A DNA stretch of 37,226 nucleotides from an uncultured bacterium. Its GTDB lineage: Bacteria; Hydrothermota; E44-bin80. The translations under genes and the position numbers were made by a program. The stretch covers positions 1 through 37,226 of the forward strand of contig CAYMQB010000029.1 in NCBI GenBank assembly GCA_964392665.1. The letters are read 5' to 3'. Positions within the stretch are counted from its first letter, which is position 1. Every line of letters begins with the position of its first letter. Positions 18,360-27,168 of the stretch are shown piece by piece. The notes under the pieces are model-generated. The model was not told the origin of the DNA. It did no database searches and was given only the letters and a program-made list of their open reading frames with translations.

Positions 18360-19796
18360 TCAATCTTCCCAGATTCTTCTTATATGTCGCTCTGGAAGTT
18401 TTTTTGTAAAAAGACTGACAAAAATTATGGAAATCAAACCCACAATTATGCCGGGTATAAAACCATGGATTCCGAAAGGTTTTCCCAATATCATCCATAT
18501 AAGGGCTACAGAACTTCCCGATATCATTGAAGATACTGCTCCCCATCTAGTTGTTTTCTTCCAGTATATTCCAAAGAGAATAGGCCATAGAGTTGACGAT
18601 GCTATGATTGCCCATGCAAAAGCGGTTAGTACAAGTATTAGACCCGGCGGCTTAACTGCAATAAGAACAGAGATTGCACCTGCAACAGCACTAACAATCC
18701 TTCCGGTGCGAATTAGTTTCTTATCATCTGTTTTTTTTCCTAAGCCCTTCTGCCAGAAATCACGCACGATCGCACTACTTACGATTATCAGCACTGCTGC
18801 AAAAGTTGACATACCTGCGGCAATAACTGCAGCAAGAAAGATTGCCGCTCCAAGTGGAGACAGCACTACCTTTGTGAGAGTTGGAATAGCAAGGTCGGGA
18901 TTTTTGAGTGCTGGGAATAGAATACGTGACATTGCTCCGTTTAGATAAGGCAAGAGAGCAAGACAACCGCCAACCGTTACAACAATAGTTCCGATTCTCA
19001 AAGTTGCCGTATTTTTTATGGAATAAAACCTAATAACCAATTGCGGCATCCCCCAAACACCAAAACTCACGATTAAACAATAAGAAATCAGACCGGCGTA
19101 TCCCCAGATACCAGGTGTTGAAACAAGTCCGGAATCAATTGCGGCAAGCTTCTGGTTTGCTGCTGCTAAACCTCCAACAGTAGCCAAGGTTTTAGAAGTC
19201 AGAAGGAAAAGTCCTACTATCATTATAAGAGCCTGAACGAAGCTTGTCCAGACAACGGCTAGATATCCTCCAATAGAAACATAAAGGATAATAATGAAAC
19301 CCGAAATAGCAATTGCATATATGTAAGGAATTTGCATGAGAACTTCGAAGATGTGTCCCATTCCTTTAAGCACACTAACATTATAAATAATCATAAATAT
19401 GAAAATTACTATTGCAAGGAAAACTCGGGATTCTGGTGCTTTGAACCTCTCGGCAATGAAACCAGGAATGGTCATTGTTCCAAGTTTCTGCGTATATTTT
19501 CGTAATCTTTTACCAAGAAAAATCCAGCACAAGGTGCATCCCAAAAGAACATTAATGGCACCTACCCATAACGTAGACATTCCAAATTTGTATCCAAATC
19601 CTCCACCACCGATTATCACAACAGATGAAAAATAAGCAGCAATAAAGGACAGAGCTGTAACGAAAGGTCCAACATTACGTCCACCAATGTAAAAACCTTC
19701 TATTCCCTTTGATTTTCTACCTGCAAATATGCCAACTCCGATAAGAATTAACATATAAAAAGCTATTACAAGCCAGTAAATCGATATTTCACTCAT
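18360..19796 (-). CDS. Sodium:solute symporter family (SSF; PutP/PanF-like) transporter.
   Basis: 478 aa with about 13 TM helices. N-terminal block GFYIGGRNVGPFVTALSFIAAYFSSVVIIGGGGFGYKFG is a typical SSF signature. Confidence 0.85.
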   Translation of the reverse strand: MSEISIYWLVIAFYMLILIGVGIFAGRKSKGIEGFYIGGRNVGPFVTALSFIAAYFSSVVIIGGGGFGYKFGMSTLWVGAINVLLGCTLCWIFLGKRLRKYTQKLGTMTIPGFIAERFKAPESRVFLAIVIFIFMIIYNVSVLKGMGHIFEVLMQIPYIYAIAISGFIIILYVSIGGYLAVVWTSFVQALIMIVGLFLLTSKTLATVGGLAAANQKLAAIDSGLVSTPGIWGYAGLISYCLIVSFGVWGMPQLVIRFYSIKNTATLRIGTIVVTVGGCLALLPYLNGAMSRILFPALKNPDLAIPTLTKVVLSPLGAAIFLAAVIAAGMSTFAAVLIIVSSAIVRDFWQKGLGKKTDDKKLIRTGRIVSAVAGAISVLIAVKPPGLILVLTAFAWAIIASSTLWPILFGIYWKKTTRWGAVSSMISGSSVALIWMILGKPFGIHGFIPGIIVGLISIIFVSLFTKKLPERHIRRIWED

Positions 19797-19851
19797 AATC
19801 TTGCATGTCTCGACCAGCCAGAGAATTCATTTTTTTGTTTGCTTATTTGTC

Positions 19852-19983
19852 TCATCTTTTCTTATCTTGGTTTCTTTTTGATGTTTTATAATCAAAAAAT
19901 ACCCAGATAATTGCAATAATCACTGAAAAGCCCGTGACTATCCAGGCAAGAAAAGTAGACCAAGGGGTATTAAATGGTGCCAT
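19852..19983 (-). CDS. Candidate 43-aa single-TM small protein immediately upstream of the SSF transporter (possible accessory small subunit).
   Basis: ATG(19981-19983 rc) GCA CCA... translates to MAPFNTPWSTFLAWIVTGFSVIIAIIWVFFDYKTSKRNQDKKR*. No good SD. Not in the supplied ORF list (under 60 aa). One clean TM helix with W..F..W flanks, as seen in small partners of SSF transporters. Confidence 0.3.
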   Translation of the reverse strand: MAPFNTPWSTFLAWIVTGFSVIIAIIWVFFDYKTSKRNQDKKR

Positions 19984-20008
19984 TAAAAAAGTTAGTTAAT
20001 AGAATAAA

Positions 20009-22165
20009 CTATATGCCACAGGTGGGACATCCACCTGCGTATTCCGAATCGACAGTAAAAAACTCTCCATCCAACCTTAACTTAAGGTCTTCAATAAGGT
20101 TAGGATTATTGGGATTATTTTTCCCAGATTCCTTATTTACAGAACCGATATTTAGCACCTGAGCCTTCTTGCTTCGGTCTCTGTAAATGGTAACTCCTTT
20201 GCATCCAAGGTCATACGCAAGATTATATATTTCTTTAACTTGTTCAGGTGTTGCCATATGTGAAAGATTCACCGTCTTTGACACGGCATTATCCACATAT
20301 TTCTGAAATGCTGCTTGCATCTTAACATGCCAGCCCGGTGCAATATCATGTGCGGTAACAAAAACCTTCTTCACATCTTCTGGTATCCCATCTATTTCTT
20401 GAACACTTCCTTTTTTTGCAATCTCTCTCATCAAATTCTCGGAATAGAAGCCTCTCTTGTTTGCAACTTCTTCAAAATAAGGATTTACTTCCATTAGTTC
20501 AGTATTATCCATAACATTCCTAATATAGGCAACTGCAAATAGTGGCTCAATTCCACTAGATGTATTGGCTATAATACTTATTGTACCGGTGGGAGCAATA
20601 GTAGTAAGGGTTGCATTTCTCTGAGCGGGATTCCCTCTCTCTGCAAACACGCTCAGTTCAAAATTAGGGAATGCACCACGAATTCCTGCCATGTCTCTTG
20701 ATTTCTCTTTAGCTTTCTCAGTTATGAATTTCATTACCTTCTCTGCGGTTTCCACAGCTTCGTTGGAGTTATAAGGAATATTCAGTTGTATTAGCAAGTC
20801 GGAGAAACCCATTACTCCAAGACCGATTTTTCTGTTCCCCTTTACCATTGTTTGTATTTCTTTAAGTGGAAATTTACTAACATCTATCACATTGTCAAGA
20901 AAATGCACTGCACTTCTCGTTACCCTCTCGAGTTTTTGATAATCTATCTCGTTATTTTTCACAATCTTACCAAGATTTATGGAACCTAAATTACAAGCCT
21001 CGAATGGCAACAGAGGTTGCTCACCGCAGGGATTTGTGCATTCTATCCTGCCTATTGTAGGTGTTGGATTGTCCTTATTCAACCTATCCAGGAAAACAAC
21101 GCCCGGGTCGCCTGTTTCCCATGCCATAAGTGTAATGAGGTCAAATATTTGCTTTGCATTTACTTTTTGAACTGTGTTGCCATTTCTTGGATTAATAAGA
21201 GGGAAATCGCCTCCTTCTTTAACAGCTTTCATAAAATCATCCGTTACTCCGACTGAAATGTTGAAATTCGTGAGAACACCCTCTTTTCTTTTACAGGTAA
21301 TGAAATCCATAATGTCCGGATGATCAATTCTGAGGATTCCCATGTTTGCACCTCTTCGTTTTCCGCCCTGCTTTATGACCTCTGTCGCAGAATCAAAAAC
21401 CTTTATGAAGGAAATTGGTCCTGATGCAATACCTCCTGTAGTTTTTACAACATCGTTTTGCGGTCTTATATTTGAGAAAGAAAATCCCGTTCCTCCCCCT
21501 GTTTTGTGAATAATAGCAGCATATTTTACTGCATCGAAAATTTCCTGCATAGAATCACCAACTGGTAGCACAAAACAAGCAGAAAGCTGCTGAAGGTCCG
21601 TACCTGCATTCATCAAAGTGGGAGAATTCGGTAAGAATTCAAGGGATGTCATCATTCTGTAGAATTCCTCTTCTCTTTTTTTGACATCCGATTCAGCATC
21701 ATATAAGGCATCTGCAGAAGCAATATTCAATGCAACTCTGTGGAATAGTTGACTTGGAGTTTCAGTTACTTCCCCTTTTTCGTTCTTTTTTAGATATCTT
21801 CTCTTCAAAACAGTGGTTGAATTCAGTGATAATTTAATATCATCCTCAACACCCAGCAAAACCTTCTTAAATTCTCGCAATTCTGTCCTTTTTTGTCTGT
21901 AAAGTATATATGCTTTTGCAGTTTTTGCATGCCCGGATTGCATCAGTATTTTTTCTACAAGGTCCTGAACCTGTTCAACCGTTGGAGGATGTTCTTCACT
22001 GAAACGCTGGTCTAAAACCCTTACTATTATTGAACTTAGTTCTCCTGCCTTTTTTCTATCTCTTCCACCTACTGCTTTTGCCGCCTTGAAAATAGCATCA
22101 CTAATCTTGTTTTCGGTAAAATCTACTAATCTTCCATCCCTCTTTCTTATCTTCCCGATCATCAA
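20009..22165 (-). CDS. nrdJ: Class II (adenosylcobalamin-dependent) ribonucleotide reductase with an N-terminal ATP-cone.
   Basis: 718 aa. ATP-cone (KIRKRDGRLVDFTENKISDAIFKAAKAVGG), RNR active-site NPCGEQPL, monomeric NrdJ-like size, C-terminal CxxC (GGCPTCGI). SD AAGGGGGA upstream. Confidence 0.85.
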   Translation of the reverse strand: MMIGKIRKRDGRLVDFTENKISDAIFKAAKAVGGRDRKKAGELSSIIVRVLDQRFSEEHPPTVEQVQDLVEKILMQSGHAKTAKAYILYRQKRTELREFKKVLLGVEDDIKLSLNSTTVLKRRYLKKNEKGEVTETPSQLFHRVALNIASADALYDAESDVKKREEEFYRMMTSLEFLPNSPTLMNAGTDLQQLSACFVLPVGDSMQEIFDAVKYAAIIHKTGGGTGFSFSNIRPQNDVVKTTGGIASGPISFIKVFDSATEVIKQGGKRRGANMGILRIDHPDIMDFITCKRKEGVLTNFNISVGVTDDFMKAVKEGGDFPLINPRNGNTVQKVNAKQIFDLITLMAWETGDPGVVFLDRLNKDNPTPTIGRIECTNPCGEQPLLPFEACNLGSINLGKIVKNNEIDYQKLERVTRSAVHFLDNVIDVSKFPLKEIQTMVKGNRKIGLGVMGFSDLLIQLNIPYNSNEAVETAEKVMKFITEKAKEKSRDMAGIRGAFPNFELSVFAERGNPAQRNATLTTIAPTGTISIIANTSSGIEPLFAVAYIRNVMDNTELMEVNPYFEEVANKRGFYSENLMREIAKKGSVQEIDGIPEDVKKVFVTAHDIAPGWHVKMQAAFQKYVDNAVSKTVNLSHMATPEQVKEIYNLAYDLGCKGVTIYRDRSKKAQVLNIGSVNKESGKNNPNNPNLIEDLKLRLDGEFFTVDSEYAGGCPTCGI

Positions 22166-22208
22166 TCCCCCTTAATTTCGCATAAATGTACCATTGAATA
22201 AGATGCAA

Positions 22209-22255
22209 GTACTATATATTGTATATTCTTTATTAAACTTCACAAGATATTGTAT
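22209..22255. promoter_or_regulatory. Two tandem NrdR-box-like 16-bp palindromes (22209-22224 and 22240-22255), centres 31 bp apart, in the nrdJ leader/promoter.
   Basis: Box1 gtACTATATATTGTat and box2 tCACAAGATATTGTat match the published NrdR consensus acaCwAtATaTwGtgt at 14/16 and 13/16 positions. The centre spacing of 31 bp equals the usual tandem-box spacing. Box2 overlaps the predicted -10. Confidence 0.55.
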
Positions 22256-22277
22256 AGGAAAATATATTTTCTGTCAA
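22249..22277 (-). promoter_or_regulatory. Sigma-70-type promoter for nrdJ (-35 TTGACA, 17-nt spacer, -10 TACAAT).
   Basis: Minus-strand reading gives ttacTTGACAgaaaatatattttcctaTACAATatcttgtg. -35 is the revcomp of 22272-22277 and -10 the revcomp of 22249-22254. About 80 nt upstream of the start codon. Confidence 0.45.
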
Positions 22278-22421
22278 GTAAAAAATTCAAAAAACTCAAA
22301 AAAAATGTCTTTTCATCTTTTTCGGTGCGAAAGTATGCGCAAAATTTCGAATAAATGACTTTAATCTATGTGTAGTAAATCACTAAATAATAAATATATA
22401 GACTGGAATAAAAGGATGCAA

Positions 22422-23315
22422 TTAAGGAATTGCTGTATTTGCTGCTTTTTTCTGTGGAGATGAAGTTCCAAATTCTTGAATATCAGGTATATAGGCTGCA
22501 GTATCCGTCCACCACTTAAAAAGCGGTGGAATGGGTCTTTGTTCTTTAAAAATCAGTGAACTTATGTCCACCACGGCTCTGAATTCGTATCCTGGCATAT
22601 AATCCCACGAATGCCATTTCCAGTGTTCCGGAGGAGAGCTAAAACTCCAATAAATGTACAAATTCTTGAACAAACCCTTGTGCTTTAACAGAGCATAGAT
22701 TGAACCGGAACTATTGGCAATAAGGTCGAGTATGCTAAATCCTTCATCTTTTTCTTTTCCGTCAACAAACTCTTCAAAAAAGCCACCTGCAAAAACAAGG
22801 GCAGTTGCCAAATAGTATGCCTCATCCGAAACCCAGTCCTCGCTATCCCTTCCATTATGGGAAACAAAGGGCAAACCATCAATAATGTATTCACACAAAA
22901 ATGAAACAGGTTTTACGGGTAAATAGTGATAGAAAAAATGGACACCTTTGTCTGCCTGGGTGTTTTGACTTTTTTCCTGCTCGAGTGTTTTAAAATGAAA
23001 AGGACCCTGATTTAATGGACTTGAGTGATTTGGGCTTGTTATGAGTTGCCATCTTTGCTTGAATTTTCTTCGTGCTTCGGGATTAATCAGCACAATTGCT
23101 GAAGTGACAAGTAGTGCATTGCCAATTACATAGTTTGCTCTGGATTTTTTAGGAAGCACAAATGTACGATCAAAAGGATCGGAGCTCTTCTTGAGATTAA
23201 GATATGGTTGCAGAGAGCATTCCAAATAAGAATTATCGATGAGTGGGCTGTAACTGGCATCCAAATTTAATAAGGCAAGTCCATAAAAAATAAGTAAAAA
23301 GGGGATACTTTTCAT
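22422..23315 (-). CDS. Hypothetical secreted protein (297 aa), translationally coupled to the upstream HAMP/PAS gene.
   Basis: Signal peptide MKSIPFLLIFYGLALLNLDA. Its start ATG overlaps the TAA of the upstream gene (TTAATG). No recognisable motif. Confidence 0.6.
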   Translation of the reverse strand: MKSIPFLLIFYGLALLNLDASYSPLIDNSYLECSLQPYLNLKKSSDPFDRTFVLPKKSRANYVIGNALLVTSAIVLINPEARRKFKQRWQLITSPNHSSPLNQGPFHFKTLEQEKSQNTQADKGVHFFYHYLPVKPVSFLCEYIIDGLPFVSHNGRDSEDWVSDEAYYLATALVFAGGFFEEFVDGKEKDEGFSILDLIANSSGSIYALLKHKGLFKNLYIYWSFSSPPEHWKWHSWDYMPGYEFRAVVDISSLIFKEQRPIPPLFKWWTDTAAYIPDIQEFGTSSPQKKAANTAIP

Positions 23316-24655
23316 TAACTCATCGGCTTAGATAACATCAAAAGGACACCAGTTGGACTACCCCCTGCATCTCTAATTGCAAAGAACTTGACAGTAAACT
23401 GAGAATTATTCTTTGTTTTCAGAGTGCATTCTTCCAATTTTTCTCCGGTCGAAAACAGTTTTTCCAATTGCGATTTTAATCCTTGCAATGGCTCGATTGC
23501 ATTCAAACTCTTCTCTTCGACAGCTTCTGAATCATAACCAACGATTTTCAGCGCAGATTTGTTTACCATTAACAATCTTAACTCATCATTTAGAACAATA
23601 ACACCTTCCCTGATATCGTTGATAACAAATTTGAATTTCCTTTCCGATTCAAGTATTTTCTGTGTTTTGAGCCCATCCACTTTTCTTATTTGTAACAACA
23701 TCCTGGAAAGATGATAAACAAGTTCTCCTATTTCATCTCTCGGAAATCCCTTTATTGCAACTTTAAAATCTCCCTTTTCAACCTGTTTTATAAGATTCGA
23801 GAGTCTTCTTATTGGAATCACAATCCTTTCGGGCAAAACAACAACAAGGTAAACGATGAAAAGTACCGTGAGTATTAACACTGTCCAGATATTCCTTGCA
23901 CCTCGACTCGCATATTTCTCCCCAATATCCGTAAATTCCTTAATATGCTTTCTCGCTTTTTCAAGTATTTTACCGTTCTGGTACTCTATCGTTTTTTTGT
24001 AATTATCAAGAGACTTAACTATCTTGGTTTTCTTTGCATTCTTGCTTTTTTCCGGGATTATTTTCGAAACATCAAAAGATTGAGAATATGTTTTTAGCAT
24101 TTCTCTAAGTGAATCTCTTTTGGCATTCGTTCTTGCAAGTAGAACTTGTGACATTATATTGTCATAACCTTTCTTGTATTTTTCAAGGTCTCTTTCTATT
24201 CGCTTGTGCGGAATTTCTTCACTCGATACGATCGTCTCGAGTGAATCAAGCAAAGCTTTGTATTTGCCGATATTAATACTTATCTTATCGAATTCATCGA
24301 CATAGTCAAATTTCTTTCCTTCAACAACCAGTTCTCTTAGTGAATTAAGATCTATCATCGCTTCACCTATGTAATTTGAGTCTATCAGAACAACATAATT
24401 TTTCAAATTTCCGTCGATCTTCAGCATGAGGAAAGAATTGGTTTCGCATATCCTTGCTATCTCTGAATAGGTTGCCATTCTATTGATTGTGTTATACATC
24501 AAATTATTATAGTATAGTGAAACGGCAACGAAAGGTATAATTACAAGGGGAATGGATATTAGAATAAGAGTAACCTTGGTTCTTATCGACATTCCATAGT
24601 CGAAGCATCTAATTCTTCCTTTTATTCTTTGCCATTTGCTATTCTGTTGCTTCAC
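23315..24655 (-). CDS. Membrane sensor protein with HAMP and PAS domains and no recognisable output (kinase/GGDEF) domain.
   Basis: 446 aa. Two TM helices bracket a ~200-aa periplasmic region. HAMP (PIRRLSNLIKQVEKGDFKVAIKGFPRDEIGELVYHLSRML) is followed by a PAS-like C-terminus (FVINDIREGVIVLNDELRLLMVNKSALKIVGY...). The protein ends after the PAS domain. Confidence 0.7.
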   Translation of the reverse strand: MKQQNSKWQRIKGRIRCFDYGMSIRTKVTLILISIPLVIIPFVAVSLYYNNLMYNTINRMATYSEIARICETNSFLMLKIDGNLKNYVVLIDSNYIGEAMIDLNSLRELVVEGKKFDYVDEFDKISINIGKYKALLDSLETIVSSEEIPHKRIERDLEKYKKGYDNIMSQVLLARTNAKRDSLREMLKTYSQSFDVSKIIPEKSKNAKKTKIVKSLDNYKKTIEYQNGKILEKARKHIKEFTDIGEKYASRGARNIWTVLILTVLFIVYLVVVLPERIVIPIRRLSNLIKQVEKGDFKVAIKGFPRDEIGELVYHLSRMLLQIRKVDGLKTQKILESERKFKFVINDIREGVIVLNDELRLLMVNKSALKIVGYDSEAVEEKSLNAIEPLQGLKSQLEKLFSTGEKLEECTLKTKNNSQFTVKFFAIRDAGGSPTGVLLMLSKPMS

Positions 24656-24658
24656 CTA

Positions 24659-25348
24659 TTATTCCTCCTTTACAAGTCTTTCGATCTCTTGTTCACTACC
24701 GACAACAAGAAGTGTCTGGTCTTCGGAAATTTTGTTTTCCGGACCTGGAAGGTCGTCAATCTTCACTCTGGTTACCACTTCTCCTTTGTCGTTTATTTCT
24801 TCCACCTTTTTCTGAATTGCAACTACATTCACACCATATTTACCTCTTAGGTGCAAATCCTTTAGTTGTTTCCCTATAAATTCTCTTTTTGGTTTTATCT
24901 CGACAAGAACATGTCCACTCGCAAGTGGAATATTCTCAATTATTTGAGGTGCTACAAGAGCCTTTGCAAGCTGTTCACCCATTTGCTCCTCAATGAGTAT
25001 TACCTTGTCTGCTCCAACCATCCTGAGTATTTGAGCATATAGTTCGTTCATTGCCCTTGCAACGACCTCTCCCACTCCTAAGTTTTTAAGTATCACGGTT
25101 GTTAGGATTGCATCTTCCTGCTGCTCTCCTAAAGCAACAATCACGGTGTCCACATCCCTAATGCCAATGCTTTTCAGTTCATCTATCATTGTCGAGTCTA
25201 GGGTAACTGCATGTACTACCTTATCTTTTATATCCTCCACCTTAGTTTTATCCTTGTCAATTGCAAGAACTTCAGCACCCTTTTCACCAAGTGTAAGTGC
25301 AACTTTTCTGCCAAAACTCCCGAGACCAATAACTGCAAATTGTTTCAT
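24659..25348 (-). CDS. ktrA: K+ uptake regulatory subunit KtrA/TrkA (RCK N+C domains).
   Basis: 229 aa. N-terminal Rossmann motif (VIGLGSFGRKVALTLGEKGAEVLAIDKD) and TrkA-C domain. Adjacent to a TrkH-family gene. Confidence 0.85.
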   Translation of the reverse strand: MKQFAVIGLGSFGRKVALTLGEKGAEVLAIDKDKTKVEDIKDKVVHAVTLDSTMIDELKSIGIRDVDTVIVALGEQQEDAILTTVILKNLGVGEVVARAMNELYAQILRMVGADKVILIEEQMGEQLAKALVAPQIIENIPLASGHVLVEIKPKREFIGKQLKDLHLRGKYGVNVVAIQKKVEEINDKGEVVTRVKIDDLPGPENKISEDQTLLVVGSEQEIERLVKEE

Positions 25349-25371
25349 ATCATCTCCTTTTTATCTGTCCT

Positions 25372-27090
25372 TTATCCAACCATAATCCTTGCTTTGGGAT
25401 ACTGAATCTTTAGTTTCCTTGAATACCTGCCAACGGCATATGCAAGTGTTAGAGGTCCGATTCTACCAATATAGATTAACACAATTATTATTATCTTCCC
25501 AATACCATTTAAAGTGAAAGTTACCCCCGTTGAAAGTCCAACTGTTCCAAATGCAGACACAACTTCAAAAAGTAAGCGAATCAAAGTGTCCTTCTGAGTG
25601 ATAAGCAGAAACGCAGTTCCGAATGCCACAATAAACGCTGACACGACAACAATGGTTATAGCCTTGTATACAATTTCTTTGGGAATTCTTCTTTTGAAAA
25701 TCTCGATATCTTCTTTCCCTCTAATCATATTAATTACGGCAAGAATCAGAATAGCAAATGTTGAAGTCTTTATTCCTCCCCCGGTAGAACCTGGAGAGGC
25801 ACCTACAAACATCAAGAAAATCAGGAGTAGTAGCGTAACATCTTTTAGTTTTGAAGTATCGACTGTATTGAATCCCGCAGTTCTTGGTGTAATCGATTGG
25901 AAAAACGATGCACAAATTTTGCCACCTATACCCTGGTGTATTAAAACGTTATCGAACTCGAAAATAAAAAACAGCAGAAAACCAACTAAAATCAGAATGA
26001 GTGACATAATTATAACTAGCTTAGTGTGAACGGTTAAATGAGAAAGCCTGAGTCTCCAGCCACGAGTAAAATTCTCCCGGCTGAATAATCCTGCCACAAC
26101 AACAAAGCCTATGCCACCAAATATAATAAGTAACATCATAACAATGTTGATTATCGGATCCGAGACAAAACCTCTAAGACTATTTGAAAACAAAGAAAAA
26201 CCTGCATTACAGAACGCAGATATACTGTGAAATAGCGAAAAATAAAGTGCTTGCTTAGCATTTCCCAAAAAAGGTAACCATCTCAAAAATAAAAATAGCA
26301 ATCCAATTAGTTCCGTAATGAATGTGAATTTGAAAACAAATTTAATAATTTTTCCAACCTCACCAACTGAAGGAATTTCAAGAATTTCGCCCATAGTCCT
26401 TTTCTCTCGTAAACCCAACCTCACTCCAAAAATTAAAGCTATCGATATGGAAAAAGTCATAATACCCAAACCACCAGTCTGAATTAGAATCAAAATTACA
26501 ATTTGTCCAAAAATCGACCAGTATTTTGGTGTATCTTTTACGATCAAACCTGTGACACAGGTTGCCGAGGTTGCGGTAAAAAGCGCATCAACAACACTTG
26601 TGTGCTCATGGTTCTGTGAAGAAACAGGAAAGGTTAGAAGAATTGTTCCTATTAAGATAATGGTCAAGAAACTTACAGCAAGAAGTCTGGTAGGATTTTT
26701 CAAGAATGGTTGCGCAAAGAAATCTCTAAAAATACGCTTTTTTGAAAACAGTGCAAGTAGAAAAAACACTTCTCTCACAAGCGCAAGGAAACGAGCGATC
26801 TCTACATTTCTTAAACTTAATAATATAAGTATAAAGAATATTAGATTCCACCAATTCCTCTTCATAAATCTCTTTTTCTCTACCGAAACAAAAAAGTGAA
26901 AAAGGAATTCCAGGAAACCAGCAGCAATAAAAAGTAAACCTATAGCAAAACCCGAATAATGTAACCAGTTTGGAAAACGAACAAAGAATCCTGATTCAAC
27001 CACAATGAGAACAGCCATTGCAACTGTAAACCATATCATTATTGCTTGAGCTTTTCGGATGAAAAGATCTGTGTTAACTTCTTTATCCAT
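25372..27090 (-). CDS. trkH: TrkH/KtrB-family potassium transporter membrane subunit (with an N-terminal extension).
   Basis: 572 aa. Repeated pore-loop signatures (TSATCVTGLIV, LIQTGGLGIMTF, FNAGFSLF, MFVGASPGSTGGGIKTSTFAI) typical of TrkH/KtrB. The true start may be an internal Met. Confidence 0.85.
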   Translation of the reverse strand: MDKEVNTDLFIRKAQAIMIWFTVAMAVLIVVESGFFVRFPNWLHYSGFAIGLLFIAAGFLEFLFHFFVSVEKKRFMKRNWWNLIFFILILLSLRNVEIARFLALVREVFFLLALFSKKRIFRDFFAQPFLKNPTRLLAVSFLTIILIGTILLTFPVSSQNHEHTSVVDALFTATSATCVTGLIVKDTPKYWSIFGQIVILILIQTGGLGIMTFSISIALIFGVRLGLREKRTMGEILEIPSVGEVGKIIKFVFKFTFITELIGLLFLFLRWLPFLGNAKQALYFSLFHSISAFCNAGFSLFSNSLRGFVSDPIINIVMMLLIIFGGIGFVVVAGLFSRENFTRGWRLRLSHLTVHTKLVIIMSLILILVGFLLFFIFEFDNVLIHQGIGGKICASFFQSITPRTAGFNTVDTSKLKDVTLLLLIFLMFVGASPGSTGGGIKTSTFAILILAVINMIRGKEDIEIFKRRIPKEIVYKAITIVVVSAFIVAFGTAFLLITQKDTLIRLLFEVVSAFGTVGLSTGVTFTLNGIGKIIIIVLIYIGRIGPLTLAYAVGRYSRKLKIQYPKARIMVG

Positions 27091-27168
27091 TGGCGAAATT
27101 ATAGGTTAGATTCTTCTCTATGTCAATAATAAATAATCTCAGCTTCACACCTTTCTATCGACAAACTC

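Noticed and set aside
18328-18948. The 206-aa plus-strand ORF, and similar long antisense ORFs elsewhere (6887-7381+, 11750-12178+, 16944-17318+, 25598-26029+, 30727-31278+, 6161-6463- in an alternate frame).
   Set aside because: All lie entirely inside confidently assigned minus-strand genes (SSF transporter, CdsA-like, tricorn, paralog B, trkH, glmS, GH-like) and have low-complexity translations. They are shadow ORFs.
20017-20040. The strong hairpin CAGGTGG-gacat-CCACCTG as a terminator.
   Set aside because: It lies inside the nrdJ coding sequence, where it encodes the C-terminal GGCPTCGI CxxC motif. It has no U-tract.
22166-22421. A cobalamin riboswitch upstream of the B12-dependent RNR.
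   Set aside because: The leader is short (~80 nt from the predicted -10 to the ATG), AT-rich and lacks any B12-box-like GC-rich element. The NrdR boxes explain the conserved palindromes.
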